Shown here: positions 9,760 to 19,308 of the stretch, one piece after another
Layout of the letters: the number at the start of each line of letters is the position of its first letter
How positions within the stretch are numbered: position 1 is the stretch's first letter
Assembly (NCBI GenBank): GCA_033763735.1
Contig: JANRJY010000104.1
Location: 7,738-71,737 of the forward strand
Reading direction: 5' to 3'
DNA length: 64,000 nucleotides
Source: Bacteroidota bacterium
GTDB taxonomy: Bacteria; Bacteroidota; Bacteroidia; Cytophagales; UBA9547
Notes under the pieces: generated by a model
Told to the model about the DNA's origin: nothing
What the model saw: only the letters and a program-made list of their open reading frames with translations
The model's database searches: none
Made by a program: the position numbers and the translations under genes

Positions 9760-12700
9760 TTGAAAAGATTACTACTAATTTTATTTCTTACCATTAATTC
9801 TTTATTTGCTGCAAATCGGTTTTACGTCAGAAATGGCTCTGGTTGTGGTGGCACATTCAACACAACTAGCTGTTGGTCTGCCACTTCGGGTGGTGCATCC
9901 GGAGCCAGTGTACCTACCGCTGCTGATGATGCAATTTTTGATGCCAATTCATTCACAGCCGGAGGAACAATTACCCTTGATGCAAATATGAGTTTCAATA
10001 CACTCGATTTTTTTAATATCAATCAAAACATTACCGTTGCTAATGGAGGAAATAATACCATTACAATTGACAATGTAGTATCAGGATACAGTTTGAGATG
10101 GGCTTCTACTGCAAGTCGTATTTCTACTTTAAATGCCAATTTAACTTTCAATGATGATGCGGTTAACTTTGTTTTTAGCACCCCTGGTACCGGCACGGTA
10201 ACGGTATATGGCCGATTGCAAACAGGGGCATCTTCAGCAGCTACAGGTAACTTTAGTGTAACCGGCTTGTCTGATAAGCAATTTTTTTGGAATGATTGGA
10301 CTACTTCTGAAATTCATTCAGCAATAGCTGTTTTTCAGGGAGTTACCACTTTTGGTGGTAACGCAACAAATACCTGTTGTACTCTTACAAACTTTCATGA
10401 AAATGTTGATTTTTTGAATGATGCTGTTATCAGCGGGTATATCAGTCAATTTTGTACTGATGATGTCAGTGGAACAAATGCACGTTTTTTTGGGAAAACT
10501 ACCTTAAATGAGTGGGTAAGGTTTCATGAACCAGTAAAGTTTTACGGAGCAACCACGGTTACCGGAAGATTCGAACATTGGAGTTCTCCTACCAATAAAA
10601 AAATGTACGTGGCACCAGGCGCGTCACTACTATTTAATGGCCCTCGTAATGGTATCCTTTGGGAGTGTGGAATAAATGCGAATGGTCCGGTTACTATTGC
10701 CCGTTCAAATACAGGCAATGCATATGTAGGATTCTTAGCAAGATATTCAGGCACGTACCCAGATACATTTAACTTTGTAGGAAATGCCATTGATTTTGGT
10801 GATTATATTTCTGATAATGATAATAATCAAGGAGTTGCTATCTATGCTAACCCTGTATACATGACTACAGGCAGTACAATGATTTTAGGTGCCTTTACAT
10901 ATCTTCGATTTGATGGGACTTATGATGCGGATGGTCCAAATACAGGGGCTTGTACAGGTTGCTACACCTATCCTTGGACTTGCCCGGGTACTGGTTACAA
11001 TCGCTCTACTTTCGGCAATTTTCATATGAGACCTTTTGCATATGTACATTTCAATGATGGAAATGCCGTTTGGACTTTTAATACATTTTCAATTACTGGA
11101 AATAACATGGTAGAGTTAGGCTCACAATCCACATGCCAAATGGGAGAAGCGAGTTATCAAATCAAAAATTTAGTATCCTCTGCCACTGCATGTGCAGGAT
11201 ACAATACGATTCGTAATAAAGTACCGGGAATAGGAAATTATTCAAGTACAGGGCCCAGAGGAGGAAATAACGCATTAGTGTCTATTTCAGGTTCAACTAC
11301 TTTAACCGGTACAATTCTTCAGGATATTGTAAATGCAAGCAATAATTCTTTGGTTGGCATAACAGCAACAATAGATTTGGGTGGTAACAGACCCGCATGG
11401 ATAACCAAAAATGGTAATGATTGGAACGGAAGTTCATTTCCACTGAGGAATTCCGGCAATTTTTCTTTCACTGGTGTATCCACTTCTGAAACCTTTTATT
11501 GGATTGGAAAATCCAATGCTAATAACAACTGGAGTAATCCATCCAATTGGTCTTTAAGTTCCGGAGGTCCTCCCAATGCAGGGGGATGTATTCCCTCGAC
11601 AAGGACTAATGTTATTTTTGATGGAAATTCTTATTCAGCAAATACCCAACGAACGGTATTGGATGGGGCTTATCAGTACTGCAAGCAAATGACATGGAAC
11701 CTTCCAGCCTCTGCTTCAGGGGTAATGATGTTTGGAACCATTTCCGGCTCAAAACTTCAAATATGGGATGATCTTAAGTTTAGTCAATATATGATAAATA
11801 GTTTCCTGGGAACCGTAGAATTCAATTCTGAAACTACAACCTCCGGATATACTTTAAATACAATTAACAGTACTACTCTTGATACTTATAATTACAAAGG
11901 TCCGGTTTATTTTAAAAATGCTACTACTCAATGGCAACTTACAAGCGATTTAAAAGCAGCATCAAGCTTTAACATAGTTGCCTCTAAAGTAGATGTTTCA
12001 AATAATGGTACTTCTTCAGGTACCTTTGCTAATATTACTGTTTTGGGAAATTGGTATTTGGAAGGTGCTCAATTTAGCGCTAGAACCGGAACCGTACATT
12101 TTAAAGGAACAAGTACTCAAAGTGTACAAGTATGGGGAAATGATACTTACATGCAAGATGCTTTTTATAATGTCATATTTGAAAATCCTTCAAATTTTAA
12201 CTTAGATAGTTACGATAGCAAAGTTTTTATTGCTCCCGGGGGTAGTGCAAAGTTTGTTAATGGAATAGTTCGAACTAAAACAGATAATGATAGTTATCAT
12301 GGGTTAATATTTATGAAAGGTTCAAAAGCGCTCAATTATCTGGGTCAAGATCTTGCAACTTCAAATTATTATTTGCTTACATCTCCCGGAGGTCCAAATA
12401 ACGCATGGGTGACAGGTGAAGTAGTGAAATGGGGTACTGAAGATTTTGTATTCCCTGTAGGTTCTGATGCATCTTGGTATTTTGGGCATACAGCCACACA
12501 ATACCGACCAATAGCATTAACATCGCTTACCGGCGTATCCGGATTCAATAGTACCAATATCTATAATTCAAGTTATTATATGGGCTCAGGAGGTTGGGCA
12601 ACTACTAATTTTGTTTCTCCTCTTAGTATTGTTGGTGTAAACGAATATTGGAAACTAGGACGAGTAGATATGGGTTGGAATCCAATTAGAGGTAGATGTG

Positions 12701-13794
12701 CCCAACGTGCATCAAATCAAGTTACAATTATTGTTTCCCAACGTAATGTTATTAACGGTGTGGTTACTACTGACGGATTGTATTTAAATCCTTTCAGCGT
12801 TGGTGATATGGTTTATATTAATAACTTTAGTGATATATTATCGGGTGCTGCAAATGGAAATTATTCAGTTGTCGGTGTTAATGGCAACTTTTTGACGGTA
12901 AGTTATCCCGGAGGAAATATTGGAATGTCGTGTAACACCGGGTCAAATACTGAAATCACATTGGTGTACGCTTCTACTCAAAATGTAAGTATTAAACTAC
13001 CATGGAGAGATGGAACTACTGATGCAACACCAAACTTTATAAATAACACTAATGATTACTTGAACTTAAAGTTAGGTATGCGGCTTGATGGTGGTGCAAA
13101 TGACGGTAATTTCGCAGATGCCACCCGGTCAATAATTGGTCCATCAAATTCAAATGCATCAGGAATATTATTAAGTAAAAGTTTTAGCACTTCAACGCTT
13201 ACTGGAGGGTTAAAATCTCGGTTTTTCAACTTTGGTGGCGCCATAACGGTAACTCCATTACCTGTTTTAAATATAATAAACTTTGATGCAATCGTTTACA
13301 ATAAATCAGTAGAGCTTACCTGGAGCTTAAAACATACTAAAAATGATGTAGCATATATAATTCAAAGAAGTAGTGATGCCAGTAATTTTACCGATTTAAT
13401 ATCTGAAAATTCTTCTAAATCAAAAACCGTTTTTTCAAGAACAGATGATGTGCCATTAAAAGGCATTTCGTATTATCGTTTAAAAATTGTGAAAGACAAT
13501 GGAAACCATGAATATAGTGAAATTAAGACTGTTAATTTTGATTCTGAAAGTAATATTTCTCTTTATCCGAATCCAATAGCCAAAGGTACTTTTTTATCAA
13601 TTTACAAAACAAATGATACTCCTACGGAAGGGTTCAAGTTTACTTTAATGGATTTGACAGGCAAAAATATTCTTTCAGGTTGGGTTCAAAATGAAAACAG
13701 TATTCTTATTCCGCAGTATTTGAGTGATGGGGTTTATTTCTTGAAAATAGATGACTCCATTTCATCACTTACCGAACGACTAATAGTTCGATGA
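9760..13794 (+). CDS. Large secreted T9SS cargo protein (beta-helix/adhesin-like, Fn3-like module, C-terminal sorting domain)
   Basis: TTG start directly gives the signal peptide MKRLLLILFLTINSLFA. A W-x-S-G-G-x(n)-P-x(n)-D-x-x-I-F-D-x-N-S motif occurs twice, near aa 39 and aa 590. An Fn3-like segment is present (VELTWSLKHTKNDVAYIIQRS...YYRLKIV). The C-terminus is a T9SS CTD (ISLYPNPIAKGTFLSI...DGVYFLKI...). Confidence 0.8.
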   Translation: MKRLLLILFLTINSLFAANRFYVRNGSGCGGTFNTTSCWSATSGGASGASVPTAADDAIFDANSFTAGGTITLDANMSFNTLDFFNINQNITVANGGNNTITIDNVVSGYSLRWASTASRISTLNANLTFNDDAVNFVFSTPGTGTVTVYGRLQTGASSAATGNFSVTGLSDKQFFWNDWTTSEIHSAIAVFQGVTTFGGNATNTCCTLTNFHENVDFLNDAVISGYISQFCTDDVSGTNARFFGKTTLNEWVRFHEPVKFYGATTVTGRFEHWSSPTNKKMYVAPGASLLFNGPRNGILWECGINANGPVTIARSNTGNAYVGFLARYSGTYPDTFNFVGNAIDFGDYISDNDNNQGVAIYANPVYMTTGSTMILGAFTYLRFDGTYDADGPNTGACTGCYTYPWTCPGTGYNRSTFGNFHMRPFAYVHFNDGNAVWTFNTFSITGNNMVELGSQSTCQMGEASYQIKNLVSSATACAGYNTIRNKVPGIGNYSSTGPRGGNNALVSISGSTTLTGTILQDIVNASNNSLVGITATIDLGGNRPAWITKNGNDWNGSSFPLRNSGNFSFTGVSTSETFYWIGKSNANNNWSNPSNWSLSSGGPPNAGGCIPSTRTNVIFDGNSYSANTQRTVLDGAYQYCKQMTWNLPASASGVMMFGTISGSKLQIWDDLKFSQYMINSFLGTVEFNSETTTSGYTLNTINSTTLDTYNYKGPVYFKNATTQWQLTSDLKAASSFNIVASKVDVSNNGTSSGTFANITVLGNWYLEGAQFSARTGTVHFKGTSTQSVQVWGNDTYMQDAFYNVIFENPSNFNLDSYDSKVFIAPGGSAKFVNGIVRTKTDNDSYHGLIFMKGSKALNYLGQDLATSNYYLLTSPGGPNNAWVTGEVVKWGTEDFVFPVGSDASWYFGHTATQYRPIALTSLTGVSGFNSTNIYNSSYYMGSGGWATTNFVSPLSIVGVNEYWKLGRVDMGWNPIRGRCAQRASNQVTIIVSQRNVINGVVTTDGLYLNPFSVGDMVYINNFSDILSGAANGNYSVVGVNGNFLTVSYPGGNIGMSCNTGSNTEITLVYASTQNVSIKLPWRDGTTDATPNFINNTNDYLNLKLGMRLDGGANDGNFADATRSIIGPSNSNASGILLSKSFSTSTLTGGLKSRFFNFGGAITVTPLPVLNIINFDAIVYNKSVELTWSLKHTKNDVAYIIQRSSDASNFTDLISENSSKSKTVFSRTDDVPLKGISYYRLKIVKDNGNHEYSEIKTVNFDSESNISLYPNPIAKGTFLSIYKTNDTPTEGFKFTLMDLTGKNILSGWVQNENSILIPQYLSDGVYFLKIDDSISSLTERLIVR

Positions 13795-14853
13795 TTAATT
13801 GCCTGAACAATAATTCCCCAAAAACTTATCTATTTGCTTTTCAGTACCTAACAATATAAAAACATCTTTTTCAATTATTTTATATTTATCAGAAGGATTA
13901 ACTAAAAATCCTTTTTTAGAATCGCGAATAGCAATTACCATTGCACCTGTGTTTTCCCTTACTTTTAATTGCTTGATTGTTTTGTTCTTATATTCAAGTT
14001 TTAATTGTTCATGGGCTACTTCCTCTATTTTTAGTTTTGTATTTTCATTTCCTTCAATTAATTCCATGAATTCAATTACTTCAGGTCCGGTCACATACTT
14101 CGCCATGTGAATTCCTCCAATTCGTTCTGGAACTACTACATAATCGGCCCCTGCACGTTTCAATTTTCCTTCAGCTGATTCATCGGAAGCTCGGGCAATA
14201 ATTCTAATATTTGGATTTAACTCCCTGGCAGTAAGCGAAATAAACACATTATCAGCATCACTTGGAAGGCTTATGATAATTGCAGATGCTTTTGTTATAC
14301 CCGCATCTATTAAAACATTATCTTCAGTTGCATCAGCAATAAAATAAGTGGCATTATTAATTTTATCACCTAAGTTTTTTTCAAGTATGGCTCTTTCCTT
14401 TTCTAAAATTACTAGATCATAATTACTTTCTAAAAGCTCTTCAAAAGCTTTGCTTCCATTACGCCCAAATCCACACACAATTACATGATTTTCCATACGC
14501 GAAGCTTTGTTTCTTATTTTTAATTTAGCAAATATGTCTTTTAACTCTCCTTCAAAAAAATAATGTGTAATAACCGAAACTGAAAACGCAAAGATACCCA
14601 GATTCATTAATATATAAAAAGCCGTAAATATCCTTCCATTGGGCGAAAGTGCATGCACTTCAGTGAATCCTACTGTACCCAAAGTAATTACAGTCATGTA
14701 GAATGCATTAAGGAAGCCATAATTTTCAATAAAAATAAAACCAGTCATACCTATGGCAATGCTTATTAAAAATAGCCCTAAAGCAATAAAAAGCCGATTT
14801 AGTCCAGAAAGAAATATAGTGTTATTTGTAAAATTCTTAAATTGGAATTTCAT
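13795..14853 (-). CDS. Two-TM pore ion channel with cytoplasmic RCK/TrkA-N domain (MthK-like)
   Basis: The pore region is FYMTVITLGTVGFTEV, a non-canonical filter. A Rossmann-type RCK motif follows (HVIVCGFGRNGSKAFEEL). The protein is 352 aa. Confidence 0.75.
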   Translation of the reverse strand: MKFQFKNFTNNTIFLSGLNRLFIALGLFLISIAIGMTGFIFIENYGFLNAFYMTVITLGTVGFTEVHALSPNGRIFTAFYILMNLGIFAFSVSVITHYFFEGELKDIFAKLKIRNKASRMENHVIVCGFGRNGSKAFEELLESNYDLVILEKERAILEKNLGDKINNATYFIADATEDNVLIDAGITKASAIIISLPSDADNVFISLTARELNPNIRIIARASDESAEGKLKRAGADYVVVPERIGGIHMAKYVTGPEVIEFMELIEGNENTKLKIEEVAHEQLKLEYKNKTIKQLKVRENTGAMVIAIRDSKKGFLVNPSDKYKIIEKDVFILLGTEKQIDKFLGNYCSGN

Positions 14854-14879
14854 TGAGGACTTAAGGTTAATACAAAAAG

Positions 14880-15335
14880 CTAAGTACTTATACCAAATTG
14901 CTTAAAATGGTGTGTAAAATGCTTGTTATGTGCTACAATCCATTGATCTTTTGTCAAAAATCCGAAGGTAGGATGATATGGTTTTGAATCAGGATTTCTT
15001 AAAAAGAAAGTGTCAAAATGTTCGATATTGACAATCAAATCCATTAATGCATCTTCAAAATATACAAATTGGAGTGCTTGAAGCTCCGTTTTGGTGAAAG
15101 GAGACTTAATATTTTGAGGAAATTCATTAGGTCCCATCAGGAACCTTAAGGAGGATGAAAAGTCAGGTAAAGATTCAGGAATTTCTAATGTTTGTCTGCC
15201 GTTGGAGTATTTTATTACCTGAGTAATATGCTCTATCATTTGATGCAAATTCATAGTTCCCCATAGTGGCAATTGTTTGGGGTTTGCATTTAAAAAAATA
15301 TCAGCGATATCAAGTGTTCTGAAATCTGTTATCAT
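14880..15335 (-). CDS. DinB-superfamily / DUF1569-like protein
   Basis: 151 aa. The C-terminus FGFLTKDQWIVAHNKHFTHHFKQFGI and the N-terminal histidine motif (MNLHQMIEHITQ) fit the DUF1569 pattern as I remember it. Confidence 0.5.
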   Translation of the reverse strand: MITDFRTLDIADIFLNANPKQLPLWGTMNLHQMIEHITQVIKYSNGRQTLEIPESLPDFSSSLRFLMGPNEFPQNIKSPFTKTELQALQFVYFEDALMDLIVNIEHFDTFFLRNPDSKPYHPTFGFLTKDQWIVAHNKHFTHHFKQFGIST

Positions 15336-15373
15336 AACTAAAAGGCGGTAAAATACAAGAAAATTTGGTTACC

Positions 15374-18300
15374 TTATTCAAAAGTTTTCCCCAACCAAAA
15401 ATTGCGACTGTAAAGTCGGCTCACTTTCCATTTTTTATTCACCAAGCTCACAGGTAAATATGCAAACCAATCTTTAATTGAGGGTGAACTAAAAAAGATA
15501 TCGTCATCAGTAAAAACTAAATTGTTTTCTTCAGATGCAAGTTTCAAATCGGAATATTCAGAAATTAAATATTCTGATTCGTAATTGGCTATCATTTTAT
15601 TCTTTAAATACCATGAATTACCAAAAACATGGTTTTGAACATCAATTTTATCTGATTTCCCTTCCGATACATTTCGAGCATATGCCAGATATTTGCGAAG
15701 TATCTTAGGTCCTTCATGTAATGTGTTTTCAACCTTTAGTTCCTCAGGCAATATACTTGTCACAATTACAATTTTATCTTTTGCTCTTGTTACAGCAACA
15801 TTCAATCTATTTTCACCACCTACGAGGTTAAGCAGTCCAAATTGAAGATTAAGTTTACCAGCTTTGTCCCTGGCATACCCCACGCTAAACATTATTATAT
15901 CACGTTCGTCCCCCTGAACATTTTCAATATTTTTAATGAACAAATTTTTGGGTTTTTTCCAATGTTGCTTCTGAATTTTTGATTCAATCAGGTTTTCAAT
16001 AAGTATTTGTTGCTGCATATTGAAAGTAACCACCCCGATTTCTTTATCAGGAAAGGCATTTTGATGAATTTCTATTTGACGAATAATTTCTTCGGCCTCA
16101 GTTAAATTGCTGTTATTGTGCCATATGCCATCTACTTTGACGAATTGTATTGCTTTAGCTTCTTGAATTGCCTCGGGAATTAATCTTAACTTATTCTTGT
16201 AAAATTCTTGATTTGAAAATCTGATCAGCTCCGGATATTTGCTTCTATAATGTTCACACAACATAACTTGAGGCAAAAATTTATCAGCCAAATTAAGCAA
16301 TGAATCAATCTCTGTTTCAGGGGTTTCATCACTTTCGTCTTCCCATCGAGGTTTGTACAAATCATTGGGCATGAGCTGCTTATCATCGCCTACGATCATT
16401 ATTTGTTGTGCTCTATAAATGGCTGGTATAGCTTTTTCAACAAAACATTGGGAAGCCTCATCAAATACTACTAAATCAAATTTTGCATCAATATCAAATA
16501 TAGCAGAAACCGTTTCGGGGGACGCTAACCAAACGGGTAACAAATCAGTAACTTCCTCATAATGTGTTTGTATGAGTTTACGCAAAGGCCATATTTTTTT
16601 CTTTTTGGTTACCTGATGTTTCAAATCGCGATAAGTAATCTGATTGCGAAGTCGGTTGAATTCAAGATTTTTGTAGGTATTTTCTCTTGCTTTGATAAGC
16701 ACAATTTCGTTTGCCAATTTTTCCTTTTCAGCAATCAATTTTTGGAGCTTATTTTCGAGATTATTAAATGCAGGTGTTGATACTTTTTGCAATACAGGAT
16801 GCTTATGCTCAACATCTTCAATCCAACTCAGATATGCTTGATTTTGAATTTGATTGCACCATTCATTTGGATTTGTATGGACTAATTGATTTAATAAAGT
16901 CCTTTCGGATGAATTTAAATTTTTAACCAACTGATGATATGCAACAATCGTATCGAAATGCAAATTAAAAAGGCTAGTTATTTTAGTTAAGTTGGATTTT
17001 TCTAAAAATTGCTCAATTACTTTTACCTCAAAATATTTATTCCATTGTATATAATCCAAGTTAAATTCATTGATTACTCCAACAAAATCATTCAGCTTGA
17101 ATATCCAAATATCTAAATGCCTTTTGAACACAATATCAATACTATTAAAAAAGATAGAATTATTCATAAACTCCTGTAATTCAATGCATTTACTCAAATA
17201 GATTGAAAATTTTTCTTTTGAATTTGATTCATAAATATCTAAGCCATACCGATCAAAAAAATAGTCAATTTGCTCAGATAATTTTATAGATTGATTCAAA
17301 TGTTGACTCAAATTTGAAAGCTCTGAAATTTGAAATGTTAAATTGTATTCTTTAAGAATTGTGATTACTTCTTTTCCTTTTTTTGATATCCATTTGAAAT
17401 AAAAATGTGTATAAAAAATGTTCATTTGTGACAATGCATATTCTATTTTCTTTAATTTGGAACATAACAATTCTATTTTATCATACTTAGCACCTTTTTC
17501 GAATAAAACAAGAATACCTTTTATCTTCTTAATTAATTGATTAAGTGCAACTTCAGGTTTTTCATGGTTAAAAACATAAGTTGCAATATCAACAGCATTG
17601 TTATCCTTACAAAAATCATTAAACCGATTGAGCTCCAGATTATGGCTATTAATAGTCATAATCTCAACATATGAAACTTCAAAACCAACTGTATTTAATT
17701 TTTGAGAATGGTTATAAAAAACTGTAGGAGCATTTTTTAATATTTCAAGAATTTTGATTCTATCAAATGTTCCAAAATTGCTATAATCAATTGAATTCCA
17801 ATAGTTTGAATCGTAATCATTTAAAATTATACGGTAAGCAACTATTTCGTTTAATTTAGTTATGAGATTATCTAGTTTGGTTTTATCCAAATTTTTAATA
17901 ATCTCATTGTTTTGATAATTTTTATCAGCAATCGAACAATTCAAATACATTTCCTTTACGGATATTCCATACTTTGAATTTTCAAAAAGTGCATCTTTAA
18001 ATTCATTTAATTCGGAGGTCAAAGCATCAATTTCACGAGATATTTGCAAAAATGATCTTTCCAAATAAATAGCATCCAGTGAGTTATTTGCATTTTGGTA
18101 TGCTTCCAATTGTTCAATTTGATTCAAAAGTGCGTCAAATACCCGCCTTCTATCCGTTTTGAAATCATGAACAACTGTGCAAAAATGTTGCAAACCAGCC
18201 ATTTGAAGCCTTTCATAAATCACGTCCAATGCTACTTTTTTCTGACAAATAACCAATACACGTTTCCGTTTTGCAATCATGTCAGATATCACATTACATA

Positions 18301-19255
18301 TTAGTTGTGATTTGCCTGTTCCGGGAGGACCTTGCACTACCAAACTTGTACCTTCGGCTAATTTACGCAATGCATTTTCCTGATAAGCATCGATTTTAAA
18401 AGGGGTGAATATATTTTCTTCTTTTATTAGTTTGATTTTATCAGAATTCAAAGAGTCGAACCAATCACTAAATGTATTAAAATTACTTTTTTCAATAATT
18501 GAATCATAGTCAGCAGAAATTACCGAACCCGATTGTTGAAAAAATCCTATCAATGCTTCTGGAATTAACTTTAGCTGACCTACACCGTAGTGCAATTCAA
18601 TTTCTCCTTTTTTATAATTGTAAAAAGCTTGAATTTTATTGAGGTATAAATCTTGATTGAAATTAATTTCAAGACTTGATTTTTTTAAAAACTGATAGAG
18701 TTCATTTCTGAATGTCAACAAATCATCAAAATCATTCTCAAAAAAAGCCTCAAAACTTTCAATGTCAACACTTACTTTATTGAAATGCGCATAAGCCAAT
18801 AAAAAACTATGATTAAAAACAGGAGGTTCATCAATTCTTTTGCAAATTTCCCAATGTTTGAAATCATTAATTTGAATTGAAATCGGATAAAAAATTAAAG
18901 GACATCGAACAACACTCCCATCATTAAATTGTCCTGTTACAAATGGGTAACAAATATACAGATCATTAGCCCCAAGTTCATCAAACACAAATTGCTGCTT
19001 ACGTGAAATGTTTCGTAATTTTTTACTTAGTTCATTATTATCTGCATCTCTGCTATCAATATATGGTGCAATTTTGATTGGTTTGTTGGCACAAATTATT
19101 TTTTCTAATATTTCAAAAGAGGTTTGACCTTGAACATAATCCAGTTCGGTCAAATTAAAGTCATTGGCAACAGACAATTTATGCAACACCAACGAACGAT
19201 TGTTTGCGGTAAGATTGGTTAACTTTTTTTGGTATGTTTTTAATATCGAATTCAA
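15374..19255 (-). CDS. Superfamily 1 (Upf1/DNA2-like, AAA_11/AAA_12) helicase with a DUF4011-like N-terminus
   Basis: Walker A is VVQGPPGTGKSQ and Walker B is VVFDEASQ. Late helicase motifs are present (GDDKQLMP, VQGDERDIIMFS, LNVAVTRAKDKIVIVTS). About 600 aa of helical insert lie between motifs I and II. Apparent TTG start. Confidence 0.85.
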   Translation of the reverse strand: MNSILKTYQKKLTNLTANNRSLVLHKLSVANDFNLTELDYVQGQTSFEILEKIICANKPIKIAPYIDSRDADNNELSKKLRNISRKQQFVFDELGANDLYICYPFVTGQFNDGSVVRCPLIFYPISIQINDFKHWEICKRIDEPPVFNHSFLLAYAHFNKVSVDIESFEAFFENDFDDLLTFRNELYQFLKKSSLEINFNQDLYLNKIQAFYNYKKGEIELHYGVGQLKLIPEALIGFFQQSGSVISADYDSIIEKSNFNTFSDWFDSLNSDKIKLIKEENIFTPFKIDAYQENALRKLAEGTSLVVQGPPGTGKSQLICNVISDMIAKRKRVLVICQKKVALDVIYERLQMAGLQHFCTVVHDFKTDRRRVFDALLNQIEQLEAYQNANNSLDAIYLERSFLQISREIDALTSELNEFKDALFENSKYGISVKEMYLNCSIADKNYQNNEIIKNLDKTKLDNLITKLNEIVAYRIILNDYDSNYWNSIDYSNFGTFDRIKILEILKNAPTVFYNHSQKLNTVGFEVSYVEIMTINSHNLELNRFNDFCKDNNAVDIATYVFNHEKPEVALNQLIKKIKGILVLFEKGAKYDKIELLCSKLKKIEYALSQMNIFYTHFYFKWISKKGKEVITILKEYNLTFQISELSNLSQHLNQSIKLSEQIDYFFDRYGLDIYESNSKEKFSIYLSKCIELQEFMNNSIFFNSIDIVFKRHLDIWIFKLNDFVGVINEFNLDYIQWNKYFEVKVIEQFLEKSNLTKITSLFNLHFDTIVAYHQLVKNLNSSERTLLNQLVHTNPNEWCNQIQNQAYLSWIEDVEHKHPVLQKVSTPAFNNLENKLQKLIAEKEKLANEIVLIKARENTYKNLEFNRLRNQITYRDLKHQVTKKKKIWPLRKLIQTHYEEVTDLLPVWLASPETVSAIFDIDAKFDLVVFDEASQCFVEKAIPAIYRAQQIMIVGDDKQLMPNDLYKPRWEDESDETPETEIDSLLNLADKFLPQVMLCEHYRSKYPELIRFSNQEFYKNKLRLIPEAIQEAKAIQFVKVDGIWHNNSNLTEAEEIIRQIEIHQNAFPDKEIGVVTFNMQQQILIENLIESKIQKQHWKKPKNLFIKNIENVQGDERDIIMFSVGYARDKAGKLNLQFGLLNLVGGENRLNVAVTRAKDKIVIVTSILPEELKVENTLHEGPKILRKYLAYARNVSEGKSDKIDVQNHVFGNSWYLKNKMIANYESEYLISEYSDLKLASEENNLVFTDDDIFFSSPSIKDWFAYLPVSLVNKKWKVSRLYSRNFWLGKTFE

Positions 19256-19308
19256 AGCGTAGAATTAACTACAAATAACCACAAAAATGACTTAAAAAAA
19301 ATGATTAA

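Noticed and set aside
15374-19255. Calling the large helicase part of a defence island
   Set aside because: The flanking genes (a DinB-like protein, a histidine kinase and a K+ channel) are not defence-associated. No nuclease, methyltransferase or second component is adjacent, so it is reported only as an uncharacterised helicase.
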